Shown: positions 29,292-39,049 of the stretch, one piece after another | Numbering within the stretch: the stretch's first letter is position 1 | How the letters are laid out: every line of letters begins with the position of its first letter | Assembly: GCA_051003195.1 (NCBI GenBank) | Contig: JBPCLP010000011.1 | Span: 96,001-160,000 of the forward strand | DNA length: 64,000 nt | Direction of reading: 5' to 3' | From: Candidatus Sumerlaeaceae bacterium | Lineage (GTDB): Bacteria > Sumerlaeota > Sumerlaeia > Sumerlaeales > Sumerlaeaceae | The notes under the pieces: generated by a model | Seen by the model: only the letters and a program-made list of their open reading frames with translations | What the model was told of the DNA's origin: nothing | The model's database searches: none | Position numbers and translations under genes: made by a program

Positions 29292-29510
29292 ATGAACGTG
29301 ACCGTGGTTTACATGCTACAGCATGCCAACGAATCCAGAGCCGAAGAACTCAGCATGGATATCGTGAAGGATGGACAGTACTATCCGATTCCCCGCGTCG
29401 GCGAGTTAGTCGACACTGGACAGTCTGTCGCGACCGTTAAGCTGGTTGAATACCTGTACGGACGCGGTATGCAAAGAAAGGTCGTTGTAGTACTCGTACC
29501 GAATCAGTAG
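29292..29510 (+). CDS. Small hypothetical beta-rich protein (72 aa)
   Basis: GGGAGAG RBS, ATG start, protein-like composition (PIPRVGE.V...V..V.Y). Confidence 0.55.
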   Translation: MNVTVVYMLQHANESRAEELSMDIVKDGQYYPIPRVGELVDTGQSVATVKLVEYLYGRGMQRKVVVVLVPNQ

Positions 29511-29579
29511 TTCATTACCAGACCAAAGGGCAACTTACCCCCGATTCGGCACACAGAACTGGTTCCGAACTAACGATAG
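29496..29579. repeat. Dispersed hairpin+tail element, copy B
   Basis: GTACCGAATCAG-loop-CCGATTCGGCACAC-AGAACTGGTTCCGAACTAACGATAG. Confidence 0.85.
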
Positions 29580-29621
29580 TCCAGCTAGTGTGCCGTCCCT
29601 GAAATTCGCGGCATAATTCCT

Positions 29622-30190
29622 GGATTCCGGCTTTTTGGAATCCGCAGCCCTCAGGTTTTTTGCACCGAAGGTGCAGCGGAACACAGCCCAGTGTCAGGAG
29701 CCCACGGCTTTTTGTGGCCGACGCAGCCCTCAGGTTTTTTGCACCGAAGGTGCAGCGGGACTCAGCCCAGGGTAAGGATTCCGGTTTTCTAGAATCCGCA
29801 GCCCTCAAGTTTTTTGCACCGAAGGTACAGCGGAACACAGCCCAGGGTCAGGATTCCGGCTTTATGGAATCCGCAGCCTCAGGTTTTTTGCACCGAAGGT
29901 GCAGCGGGACTCAGCCCAGGGAAAGGAGGCCACGGCTTTTTGTGGCCGAACGCAGCCCTCAGGTTTTTTGCACCGAAGGTGCAGCGGGACTCAGCCCAGG
30001 GTCAGGATTCCGGCTTTTTGGAACCCGCAGCTCTCAGGTTTTTTGCACCGAAGGTGCAGCGGGACTCAGCCCAGGGTCAGGATTCCGGCTTTATGGAATC
30101 CGCAGCCTCAGGTTTTTTGCACTGAAGGTGCAGCGGGACTCAGCCCAGGGAAAGGAGGCCACGGCTTTTTGTGGCCGACGCAGCCCTGGG
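29622..30190. repeat. Tandem array of 7 hairpin-rich 74-80 bp units with a 228-229 bp higher-order period
   Basis: Core hairpin TGCACC-GAA-GGTGCA at 29661, 29740, 29815, 29889, 29969, 30044, 30118; intervening hairpins of two types in the order A-B-A-A-B-A-A-B. Confidence 0.95.
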
Positions 30191-30298
30191 ATATCGATCC
30201 AATTACATCGCGCCCTGAAGGGGCGCCGGAAAACGCGCAAATTTATTAGTTCGGCGATCGAAACTCACAACCGCGCACCAGCCGCCGCGCGTCGCTTC

Positions 30299-31822
30299 TC
30301 ACGCCACCTCTTTGCGCATCTTCGCGCTGAGAATGCGTAACTGCTCCCGATATTTTGCCACCGTGCGTCGCGCGATGTTAACGCCCTTCTGCCGAATCAG
30401 TTCTGCGAGCCGCTGATCGCTGTAGGGTTTCTTGGGATTCTCGCCTGCAATCAGCTCCGCCAGCATTTCCTTAATGGACGTACTGCTGGCGTCCTCGCCG
30501 GAATCGGTTTCCAGGCCAGGACTGAAGAAGTACTTTAGCTCGAAGATGCCGCGCGGCGTCTCAATGTACTTGTTTGTCGTAACGCGCGCGACGGTGGACT
30601 CGTGCATCCCCACGACTTCCGCAATTTCTTTAAGCGTGAGCGGCCGCAGCGCGCTTGTTCCCTTTTCCAGGAACTCCTTCTGGAACGTCATCACTGCTTC
30701 TGAGACTTTGAGTATCGTGCTTTTGCGCTTCTCGATGTTTTTGATCAGCCATACCGCCGCCTTGTACTTCTCCATCGCGAACTCTTTGTCCTTCGCTTCA
30801 AAGCTCGCGCCCTGCTGGAGCAGCTGTCGGTAATACCGATTGATACGAAGGCTGCCAGTCTTGCCCTCGTTCAGGTAAATCATATATTTGTCGTCTACCT
30901 TCTTCACATAGACGTCGGGTTGAATATACTTAACGTCTTCAGAGGAGCGGGCACGTCCCGGCTTCGGCTCCAGGTGGGAAATCTGGTGGAACACTTCACG
31001 GACCTGCGGCTCCTCAATCTTAAGATCGCGCGCGATCTCTTTGAACTTCTTCTTCTGCAGGCGGTCCAGGTGGTGCTCGACGATTGCGAACACCAGTTTA
31101 TCTCGCACCCCGCGATTCTCCAGTTGCAGGCGCAGGCATTCGGATAAGTTCCGCGCGCCAACACCCACCGGGTCGAAGGTCTGAATGACGCGCAGTACCT
31201 GCTCAATTTCCCTCACGTCACATTTCAGTTCGGCTGCAAGATCCTCCAGCGGAACACGAAGGTACCCGTCGTCATCGAGGCTACCGATAATGTAGTCGCC
31301 AATTTCAACCTGCTTCTTGTTGAGCGCGCTGACGTGGAGCTGCCATTTCAGGTTGTCATACAGGTTTTCCCGCAGAGCCACATAGTCGGCGAAATCGCGT
31401 TCCTCTTCCTGGGGTTCACTGGGGGTGTATACGCGGCTTTCCGCATCGTCGTAGTATTCCTCCCAGTTGAGGTCCATGTCGCCCATGTGATGGTCATCGG
31501 TGGTGGTTTCGGTTCCCGCTTCAATTACGGCAACGGAGGGCGCCGCGTCTTCAGGCGAACTATACGTGAAATCGATTACCGAGGGTGCATCTTCACCCGA
31601 CTGCTGCTCAGGCGACTCGCCTTCCGGGGTCTGCACCTTTTCCTCGTCGGAATTTTCTACATCTTCTGCAATTTCAAGAAAGGGGTTCTCGACCATCTCC
31701 TGTGTCGCAAGTTGCTCGAGTTCCTGTGCCGACATCTGCAGCAGTTGAATGGACTGCTGCATCTGCGGAGTCATTATCAGCTTTTGCGTTTGCTTCTGAA
31801 CCTGGTTGAGCGAAAGAGCCAT
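30299..31822 (-). CDS. rpoN: RNA polymerase sigma-54 factor
   Basis: Q.QKL.MTPQMQQSIQLLQ, ENPFLE, DPVGVGAR.L.ECL, HESTV.R, ELKYFF, RpoN box ARRTVAKYRE. Confidence 0.98.
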   Translation of the reverse strand: MALSLNQVQKQTQKLIMTPQMQQSIQLLQMSAQELEQLATQEMVENPFLEIAEDVENSDEEKVQTPEGESPEQQSGEDAPSVIDFTYSSPEDAAPSVAVIEAGTETTTDDHHMGDMDLNWEEYYDDAESRVYTPSEPQEEERDFADYVALRENLYDNLKWQLHVSALNKKQVEIGDYIIGSLDDDGYLRVPLEDLAAELKCDVREIEQVLRVIQTFDPVGVGARNLSECLRLQLENRGVRDKLVFAIVEHHLDRLQKKKFKEIARDLKIEEPQVREVFHQISHLEPKPGRARSSEDVKYIQPDVYVKKVDDKYMIYLNEGKTGSLRINRYYRQLLQQGASFEAKDKEFAMEKYKAAVWLIKNIEKRKSTILKVSEAVMTFQKEFLEKGTSALRPLTLKEIAEVVGMHESTVARVTTNKYIETPRGIFELKYFFSPGLETDSGEDASSTSIKEMLAELIAGENPKKPYSDQRLAELIRQKGVNIARRTVAKYREQLRILSAKMRKEVA

Positions 31823-31896
31823 GAATTGACCGCCATCTAAATTGAACTTAATCAGCGTGGGAAAGAACGGTTACCGCACTAAGTTCCGCTATGTAC

Positions 31897-31911
31897 GCCA
31901 AAACTATGCCA
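31897..31911 (-). promoter_or_regulatory. Candidate sigma-54 (-24/-12) site upstream of rpoN
   Basis: Minus strand reads TGGCATAGTTTTGGC (GG-N10-GC), 75 nt upstream of the rpoN ATG. Confidence 0.45.
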
Positions 31912-31967
31912 GCAAACCTGTTTGACGCCGCTCATCTACCCCGAGTTCCTCAGCAAGGTCTGATTCC

Positions 31968-32924
31968 TTGATAATTTTGCGAATCGCACTTGCGCTGGTA
32001 TTTGTCGCCACAGGGCAGTACCTGTTTGTGAATGCCGCGGGGCAATTTTTCAGCGAAAGCCTGATCTTTGAAGCCGGAGAACTGACAAAGCGGGACCGCT
32101 ATGCCCAGGCCGAGCAGGCTGCAATCGCCGCAACGCGATTTAATCCACTTAACGGCTACGCCCAGTACCAGGTCGCCTCAAACCGGTATCTGCTGGACAA
32201 GTATGACGAAGCAGCCGAGCAGGCAACGCGGGCGTTGCCGCTTATGCCCCACCGTGCAAACTTGCTTCGCCTCAGGGGCGAATGCTATTACCAGGCAAGG
32301 CAATACGATCGTGCCGCAGCCGACCTGTTGAACTACTTTGCGCTGGTGCCGGACCCGCCCATGAACGCAGGGCACCTCATGCGGATCGCCGCCATCAGCC
32401 TGTTTCAGCTGAAACAGGCAGGCCAGGCCACGTACTGGCTCAATCGGTCCGCGGCAAATGCGGCCAGTTTCGCAGACGCGCAGCGCGTGAAGACGGATAC
32501 CGCCCTTTTGCTCAATGATCCCGAAATGGCAGCCAATGCAATTTCCAGCCTGTTAAGCCGGCCAGCGCCAAACACAATCAACGGGCCAGAACACCTGAAG
32601 AATGCTATTCTTTCCAGCAAAGTGACCGTGTTCGTGCAGGCACTCGAACAGATCAGCAGCCGCTATCGAGATTCCCCGGTTCTGGTAAGGACACTCGCGG
32701 CCGCCTACGTACGCAGCGGGAAAATGACTTCGGCGGTGTCTCTGTTGAAGCAGGCCCTCGCAGCAAATGACGCGGATGCCGATCTTCATTTTATGCTCGG
32801 TGACCTGCTGTACGAACAGAAGAATTTCGGCGAGGCAGCGCAGCACTATGATCGCGTGCTAAGTCTCCAGCCCGACTCCGCCTATCGGCAGGACATCGAG
32901 CGACGGAAAGCCGATATGCGTTAG
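31968..32924 (+). CDS. Tetratricopeptide-repeat protein with N-terminal signal/anchor
   Basis: Hydrophobic N-terminus; TPR-like helices (A...LG..Y...G.Y..A...Y..AL...P). Confidence 0.75.
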   Translation: MIILRIALALVFVATGQYLFVNAAGQFFSESLIFEAGELTKRDRYAQAEQAAIAATRFNPLNGYAQYQVASNRYLLDKYDEAAEQATRALPLMPHRANLLRLRGECYYQARQYDRAAADLLNYFALVPDPPMNAGHLMRIAAISLFQLKQAGQATYWLNRSAANAASFADAQRVKTDTALLLNDPEMAANAISSLLSRPAPNTINGPEHLKNAILSSKVTVFVQALEQISSRYRDSPVLVRTLAAAYVRSGKMTSAVSLLKQALAANDADADLHFMLGDLLYEQKNFGEAAQHYDRVLSLQPDSAYRQDIERRKADMR

Positions 32925-32932
32925 CCCTTCGT

Positions 32933-34198
32933 TCAGCTTTTCTGGTGCAGCGGAAATTGGATCGTCAGTTCGCTCACTTCACCGCGTATGCGCGCGCGCA
33001 AACCCGCATCATCAGGACTCTTCAGAACCTGTGCGATCCAGCTGGCAATCTGCGTCATCTCGGCCGCGCCCATGCCGCGCGTAGTTAGAGCCGGCGTGCC
33101 CAGCCGAATGCCGCTGGTTTCCACCGCACTCTTTGTATCGTAAGGAATCTTGTTCTTGTTGCAGGTGATTCCCGCCTCTTCGAGCAGCTGTTCCGCGAGA
33201 TGCCCGGTAACGCCTAGCGGCGTTACATCCACCAGCAGCAGGTGACAGTCCGTTCCGCCGCTGCACAGTCTCAATCCTTCAGCCACCAGCCGCTCCCCCA
33301 GCAGTTTTGCGTTTTTCACAATCTGAGCGGCGTACACCTTAAATGATGGTTGGAGCACCTCACCGAAGCAGACCGCCTTCGCAGCGATCACGTGCATCAA
33401 CGGCCCGCCCTGTATACCCGGGAACACCCATTTATCGATCGCCTTGGCGTACTCCTGTCGGCACATAATCATGCCGCCGCGCGGACCCCGCAGTGTTTTG
33501 TGCGTTGTCGTCGTTACGAAATCGGAGTGCGGCACAGGCGAGTCGTACAGCCCGGCAGCTATGAGCCCGGCGTAATGTGCGACATCGCACATCAACAACG
33601 CGCCAACCTCTTTGGCGATCTCCGCAAACCTGGCAAACTCGATCTGCCGTGGGTAGGCGCTCGCCCCGGCAACAATCATCTTCGGCTTGTGTTCCCGCGC
33701 CTGGGAAACGACATGATCATAATCGATGAACTCGGTGTCGCGTCGCACACCATAAGATACCACATTGAAAAACGCGCCCGAGAAATTGACCTTCATACCA
33801 TGGGTCAAATGCCCGCCGTGCGCCAGGTCCATCCCAAGGATAGTGTCGCCCGGCTTCAACTGCGAAAAGTAAACGGCCATGTTCGCCTGCGCGCCGGAAT
33901 GTGGCTGAACGTTGGCGTGATCAGCTCCAAAAATCTTTTTCGCGCGGTCGATCGCAAGCGTCTCCACGATGTCGACGTGTGCGCAGCCCCCGTAGTAGCG
34001 CTTGCCCGGCAGTCCTTCGGCGTATTTGTTCGTGAGTTCGCTGCCCTGCGCTTCCAGCACCGCGTCGGACACAAAGTTCTCACTGGCGATCATTTCCAGC
34101 GTGCCCCGTTGGCGTCCCCGCTCCGCTTCAATCGCGGCAAACACATCCGGGTCGATCGCTTCCAGGCTCTCTTTTTCCATATTCGTCGATACACTCAC
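32933..34198 (-). CDS. glyA: Serine hydroxymethyltransferase
   Basis: [65 protein letters not shown]. Confidence 0.99.
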   Translation of the reverse strand: MSVSTNMEKESLEAIDPDVFAAIEAERGRQRGTLEMIASENFVSDAVLEAQGSELTNKYAEGLPGKRYYGGCAHVDIVETLAIDRAKKIFGADHANVQPHSGAQANMAVYFSQLKPGDTILGMDLAHGGHLTHGMKVNFSGAFFNVVSYGVRRDTEFIDYDHVVSQAREHKPKMIVAGASAYPRQIEFARFAEIAKEVGALLMCDVAHYAGLIAAGLYDSPVPHSDFVTTTTHKTLRGPRGGMIMCRQEYAKAIDKWVFPGIQGGPLMHVIAAKAVCFGEVLQPSFKVYAAQIVKNAKLLGERLVAEGLRLCSGGTDCHLLLVDVTPLGVTGHLAEQLLEEAGITCNKNKIPYDTKSAVETSGIRLGTPALTTRGMGAAEMTQIASWIAQVLKSPDDAGLRARIRGEVSELTIQFPLHQKS

Positions 34199-34674
34199 TG
34201 CTTTGCACTCTGCCTTTCCATCGCGGCGTTGCTGATGCGCCGTCCCACTTCATCGATCTTCTGCACGCGGCCCTGATGGCGCCCGCCTTCAAAAGGTGTT
34301 TCAAGCCATGTTTTAAGGATCTGCTCATTGAGCTCGGGCGATTGCTCGCGTGACCGCAGCGACAGGCAATTCGAGTCGTTATGGCGCCGGCTCATAGCTG
34401 CCGCGTATAAATCCGTGACCAGTGCGCATCGTACACCGGGTACGCGGTTTGCCACCATGCTCATTCCAACACCCGAGCCACAAATCAGCACGGTCCGATC
34501 GACGTCACCCCCGGCAACAGCCTCGATGGCTTTCTCCGCCATATCGGGGTAATCGACCGATTTGTTTTCATCCGTTCCGTAATCGATCACCTCGTGACCG
34601 AGCTTCTTGATCCCGGAGATAAGCCGCCCCCGCTCTTCCACGGCGGCGTGATCGTTAGAAAAGGCAATTTTCAT
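34195..34674 (-). CDS. rpiB: Ribose-5-phosphate isomerase B
   Basis: [34 protein letters not shown]. Confidence 0.95.
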   Translation of the reverse strand: MKIAFSNDHAAVEERGRLISGIKKLGHEVIDYGTDENKSVDYPDMAEKAIEAVAGGDVDRTVLICGSGVGMSMVANRVPGVRCALVTDLYAAAMSRRHNDSNCLSLRSREQSPELNEQILKTWLETPFEGGRHQGRVQKIDEVGRRISNAAMERQSAKQ

Positions 34675-34719
34675 CAGGCAAAGTCCTCCTCTCCCTATAC
34701 TGGAGGGAAGCGCTGGTAA

Positions 34720-36543
34720 TCAGATCGCGATGGTTGAAGTGTCGCTCAACTCCGGTACGGCTTCCAATGCAGGGCGGCTGGGTTGTTTGCGCGGATCCCG
34801 GCTCGCATACTTTTTCAGGCTTTTGCGCACGACTTTGTGCACACCTTCAATCGTAGATTGCGAGTACACTTCCTCTGCCAGCAGCTTGGCTTCGTTCAGG
34901 TTGATTGAGCGTATCAGCCGCTTCACCTGCGGAATGCCCACGGCACTCATCGACAACTCGTCCACTCCAAGTCCCAGTAGCAATATGGCAGTCATCGGGT
35001 CCGCGGCCATCTCGCCGCACACGGTGACAGGGATGCCGTTTTTACGCGCCGCAAGCACCGTGGTTTTCAGCAGCTTCAGGACCGCAGGATGCATTGGCTC
35101 GTAAAGATATGCGACTTTTTCATTTCCGCGATCTACTGCCAGCGTGTACTGGATCAGGTCATTCGTTCCAATAGAGAAGAAGTCGCACTCTCTCGCCAGG
35201 TCGTCGGCGACCACGGCCGCCGAAGGCACTTCGATCATTGCACCCAGCTGCACCTTCGTATCATATGGTATCTTCTCGAATTTCAGCTCAGCCTTGGCGC
35301 GGCGGATGTGCCGTTTGACCTCGCGAAATTCTTCAACACCGGATATCATAGGTATCAGGATGCGTGTCGGACCAAATGCACTCGCACGGAGCATCGCCCG
35401 CACCTGGGCGCGAAACATACCGGGATTCGACAGGCACAGGCGGATCGCGCGCTGGCCCATGAACGGGTTCAGCTCCCGGGTGGTCGCCGCATTGGTGAGG
35501 AACTTATCACCGCCGAAATCCAGCGTGCGAAAAACCACAGGATGCGGAGCAACCTTTTCAATCACTGCCTTGTAAATCGCAAACTGCTGTTCCTCAGCCG
35601 GTGGGGTGAGGACATTCATGAACAGGAACTCGGTGCGGAACAGCCCGATCCCGCATGCACCATGGCCGCAGATGTGCTCGGCCTCTTCAAGAAGCTCGAG
35701 ATTTGCCCGCATCGTCACCGAATACCCATCAATGGTCTCTGCGGCCAGCTCGCGTAGCTCGCGCAGTTCCATCTCAAAAGTTTTGAAACTGGCCTGCTCC
35801 CGCTCATAGTATGCCAACGTCTCCGGCGTCGGGTCGATAATGACTTTACCGGTCTGCCCATCGACGATCACTAATGCGCCGTGCGTCACCAGCCCGGTAA
35901 TATCGGGCACTCCAACTACGCCGGGAATCTCCAGCGCCTTGGCGATAATGGCGGTGTGACTCGTAGCGCCGCCCTTTTCCAGCGCAATGCCGCCGATGTG
36001 CGCGCCCATCAGCGGGGTCGTCTCCGACGGCGCCAGGTCCGTTGCAACAATTACCGAATTCGGCGGGAAGGTTGTATCCGTAGTTGAGCGATGCGGGGCC
36101 AGGTTGGCCTGGATGCGATTCGCGACGTCCACAATATCGCTGTTGCGCGCACGGAAGGTCTCATCTTCCAGGGTACTAAGCACATCGAGCCAGCTCGTCA
36201 CAGTACGGTTAAACAGGTACTCGGCGTTTTTGCGTTCGCCGCGTATGGCGTTTTCGGTTCTCTCGATCAGCGCCGGGTCATTAAGAAACTCGGCCTGTGC
36301 GAGGAAGATATCCGCATGCCTCTCATCTATCGCCGCGGCAACCTGGGAGCGAATCTTTCCCAGTTGATCACGGGAAATCTCCACGGCCTTTCGAAACCGT
36401 GCAACTTCACCGTCGGTTTCCTCGGGCCTCAGCTCACGCAGCTCGACCGTATTCGTCCCAAACCGATTGAGCACAAATGCACGCCCAATAGCCACGCCCG
36501 GTGACACCGGGATACCCTGTACTACGCGCTCTTTTGGTTCCAT
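34720..36543 (-). CDS. ptsI: Phosphoenolpyruvate-protein phosphotransferase (PTS enzyme I)
   Basis: GG.TSHTAI.A, GLFRTEFLF, RTLD.GGDK, E.NPF.G.R.IR, MIEVP, SIGTNDL.QY, CGEMA. Confidence 0.96.
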   Translation of the reverse strand: MEPKERVVQGIPVSPGVAIGRAFVLNRFGTNTVELRELRPEETDGEVARFRKAVEISRDQLGKIRSQVAAAIDERHADIFLAQAEFLNDPALIERTENAIRGERKNAEYLFNRTVTSWLDVLSTLEDETFRARNSDIVDVANRIQANLAPHRSTTDTTFPPNSVIVATDLAPSETTPLMGAHIGGIALEKGGATSHTAIIAKALEIPGVVGVPDITGLVTHGALVIVDGQTGKVIIDPTPETLAYYEREQASFKTFEMELRELRELAAETIDGYSVTMRANLELLEEAEHICGHGACGIGLFRTEFLFMNVLTPPAEEQQFAIYKAVIEKVAPHPVVFRTLDFGGDKFLTNAATTRELNPFMGQRAIRLCLSNPGMFRAQVRAMLRASAFGPTRILIPMISGVEEFREVKRHIRRAKAELKFEKIPYDTKVQLGAMIEVPSAAVVADDLARECDFFSIGTNDLIQYTLAVDRGNEKVAYLYEPMHPAVLKLLKTTVLAARKNGIPVTVCGEMAADPMTAILLLGLGVDELSMSAVGIPQVKRLIRSINLNEAKLLAEEVYSQSTIEGVHKVVRKSLKKYASRDPRKQPSRPALEAVPELSDTSTIAI

Positions 36544-36752
36544 AACTGGGTCTGGCTATGCCTCGCAGCCAGTCAAACGCCGCCAGACATCTGCATGCAA
36601 TCAATATTCTGTGGCTTTTGATCCCAAAGAACCGATTCAAATCCGGCGACGCTTTGCAGATATCGGCACCGTTTCAGATGCCGCAAAAGTTTTGATTGCG
36701 CATCGACCGACGCCGTGCGGCAAGTAGGGCTACGAAATACAGGGACGGTGGC

Positions 36753-37073
36753 ATGGCAGACCAGGAAGCATTGGGACTTATCGAAACGCGCGGATACGTG
36801 GGCGCGATTGAAGCTGCAGACGCAGCCGCCAAAGCAGCCCAGGTGGAAATTCTTTCGCGGCAGAAGGTTGATGCGGGACTGGTCACCATTATACTGAGCG
36901 GCGACGTGGCCTCCGTGCGTGCTGCTGTCGACGCAGGCTCCGCGGCCGCCAAGCGCGTCGGTGAACTTGTATCTTCGCTGGTAATTCCTCGTCCCGCGGA
37001 AGGCGTACGCGACCTGCAGTACCCGCCTGGGTCAGCTGCGAAACCCAAAAAGAACAGCCCGCCCAAAAAGTAA
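36753..37073 (+). CDS. Bacterial microcompartment shell hexamer (BMC-H) protein, stand-alone
   Basis: ALGLIETRGYVGAIEAADAAAKAAQV...GLVT....GDVASV.AAVDAG....VIPRP is the canonical BMC domain; ATG at 36753. Confidence 0.93.
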   Translation: MADQEALGLIETRGYVGAIEAADAAAKAAQVEILSRQKVDAGLVTIILSGDVASVRAAVDAGSAAAKRVGELVSSLVIPRPAEGVRDLQYPPGSAAKPKKNSPPKK

Positions 37074-37081
37074 AACCTCAA

Positions 37082-37945
37082 ATGAGCACGTCTTCGCAGG
37101 TGCAACTCGCTTCGCCTGCACCGTCCACCGCTCCAAAACGCATTGGCATCATCGCGGGCCAGGGAGATTTCCCGCTGCTCCTGGCGCAGGCAGCACGCAG
37201 CAACGGCGTGGAAGTGATCGTGTTCGCGATTAAAGGCTTTGCGAATCCGGATATCGGCAAACATGCCGACCAGGTTTTGCCCGTCGAACTTGGGCAACTG
37301 AATCGAACCATACAGCTCATGCACGAAAATGGCATTCGCGCGATCTCGATGGCCGGCCGTGTGCCTCATACATCCGTTTTGCAGTACCGGCACTTCGATG
37401 CCCGCGCGATGAAACTCCTGGCCAAGAGCCTCAACCGGAAAGCGGACTCTTTGCTGAATGCTGTGGCCGCGGAGTTCAGCAGTGAAGGCATCGAGGTGCT
37501 CGACTCCTCGCTCTTTTTAAAAAGTCTTATGCCGGAGCCCGGCCTGCTCACGGCGACTCGCCAACTCACCACCGATGAGCAGGAGAACGTTGAATTCGGT
37601 TACCCGATTGCGAAAGTCGTCGCGGGGCAGGACATCGGCCAGACGCTTGTTGTGAAGGACAGAATCGTCGTCGCGGTCGAGGGACTCGAAGGTACGGATA
37701 AGTGCATCGCCCGGGCCGGTGACCTGGCCGGCGCCGGCTGCGTCGTCATTAAAGTAAGCAAACCCTCCCAGGACATGCGCTTCGATGTACCCGTGATCGG
37801 CCCGGGAACAATTGCATCCATGAAGAGCGCCGGTTGCACCGCACTGGCGCTCAGCGCCCGGGAATGCCTTCTGCTGCACCGCGAGCAGATCCTCGCGGAT
37901 GCCGATGCGGCAGCGATTGCGATTACCGCCATTGCGCCGCGCTGA
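37082..37945 (+). CDS. lpxI: UDP-2,3-diacylglucosamine diphosphatase LpxI (DUF1009)
   Basis: IGIIAGQGDFP, MAG.V, DIGQT.VV....VAVE..EGTD..I.R, K...QDMRFDVP.IG. Confidence 0.92.
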   Translation: MSTSSQVQLASPAPSTAPKRIGIIAGQGDFPLLLAQAARSNGVEVIVFAIKGFANPDIGKHADQVLPVELGQLNRTIQLMHENGIRAISMAGRVPHTSVLQYRHFDARAMKLLAKSLNRKADSLLNAVAAEFSSEGIEVLDSSLFLKSLMPEPGLLTATRQLTTDEQENVEFGYPIAKVVAGQDIGQTLVVKDRIVVAVEGLEGTDKCIARAGDLAGAGCVVIKVSKPSQDMRFDVPVIGPGTIASMKSAGCTALALSARECLLLHREQILADADAAAIAITAIAPR

Positions 37946-38009
37946 GCTATTTGGCCACTTTACAAATAAATTTCCAGCGGGCCGGGTATCCGTAACCCGT
38001 TCACCTTCA

Positions 38010-38084
38010 GGCGACGTAGCCAAGTGGTAAGGCGGAGGTCTGCAAAACCTCTATTCACCGGTTCGATCCCGGTCGTCGCCTCCA
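38010..38084 (+). tRNA. tRNA-Cys (anticodon GCA)
   Basis: GGCGACG/CGTCGCC acceptor, loop CTGCAAA, T-arm ACCGGTTCGATCCCGGT, ends TCCA. Confidence 0.98.
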
Positions 38085-38200
38085 TCTATTTTGCGTCAAG
38101 CGCAAAAAAGACAATACGTTCACCTTGTCGAAACACTTGCATACGTCCTCGCAGACGTGCTTTACGTTGTTCGCAATCGTGTGGGGAGAGGTTTTGTAGA

Positions 38201-38710
38201 ATGAAGAAGCAGGCTCGTAACAGCCGTTCGCGCCCGGAAGAACGCGCAAAGCTGCGTGATTTATTGGAGAGATTCGGCTCGCTGCTCACGGACCGCCAGA
38301 CGGCCATGGTGCGCGGGTACGCCGTGGATAACCAGAGTTTTTCAGAAATCGCCCGCCAGCAGGGCGTAAGCCGGCAAGCCGTGCACGAGGCTGTGCGCGC
38401 CGCCGAACGCGTGCTGACCGAATACGAGTCGAAGCTTGGTCACCTCGCCACTCCGCCCGCGGGCACCAACTTCGCCATGGGCGCCGCCGACCTGAACCAG
38501 GTTTTCAGCAAACTTGAATCCCTCAAAATGAAGATCGCAAGGACCGGAATCATTTACTCCGTCGATTGGATCCGTCGTGAGATTGATTCGGTCATGGATC
38601 TGCTCGCCGACCAGCAGCGCGAAGCAAAATCTCAACAGCAACCGGTCGTTGCGCAAATGCTGGTATCCGTACCCGAACCCGAACTGGTCGGAGCCAGCCA
38701 GACCGCGTAG
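38201..38710 (+). CDS. YlxM-like sigma-factor region 4 helix-turn-helix protein
   Basis: F..LLTDRQ......Y..D..S.SEIA...GVSRQAVHE...A...L..YE.KL; ATG at 38201, since the ORF-track extension runs through tRNA-Cys. Confidence 0.8.
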   Translation: MKKQARNSRSRPEERAKLRDLLERFGSLLTDRQTAMVRGYAVDNQSFSEIARQQGVSRQAVHEAVRAAERVLTEYESKLGHLATPPAGTNFAMGAADLNQVFSKLESLKMKIARTGIIYSVDWIRREIDSVMDLLADQQREAKSQQQPVVAQMLVSVPEPELVGASQTA

Positions 38711-38717
38711 TTTCCTT

Positions 38718-39032
38718 AACCACGGATTTCACAGATTGCACGGATTCGTTCATTATCTGCGTCTCTTTCTCGGTAGAGCCTTACCTACCAACTGATTATT
38801 TCGCATCCAAGCACAGATTCAACTCATTCAAAACCGTCTGCGCTGCCCCGATTATGGTTCGCGTTATTTCCTCATGTTTCATGATTGTCCGCCAGCCCTC
38901 CCGTGGTCTAAACTTTTCACCACGGATTTCACAGATTGCACGGATTAGGATAAAGAATTATTCTCATGCTTCACTGCTTGTCCATCAGCCCTCATCGAAT
39001 GACAAATCCGTGCAATCTGTGAAATCCGTGGT
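38718..39032. repeat. Cluster of ACCACGGATTTCACAGATTGCACGGATT repeats (two direct, one inverted); MITE/REP-like
   Basis: Identical 28-mers at 38719 and 38919; perfect reverse complement at 39005-39032. Confidence 0.9.
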
Positions 39033-39049
39033 AAAGAATTTGTCCAGAT

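Noticed and set aside
29622..30190. CRISPR array interpretation of the tandem repeat
   Set aside because: The intervening segments are only two recurring hairpin types rather than unique spacers, the constant part is about 53 nt, and there are no cas genes in the window.
29515..30340. ORFs of 103-226 aa across the array
   Set aside because: They are translations of the DNA repeat; unit lengths of 74-80 nt shift frame.
30390..30405. TGCCGAATCAGTTCTG resembling the hairpin+tail element
   Set aside because: It lies inside conserved rpoN coding sequence with no partner arm or tail; a chance match.
38024..38200. N-terminal part of the 228-aa ORF
   Set aside because: It overlaps tRNA-Cys; similarity to YlxM starts after the ATG at 38201.
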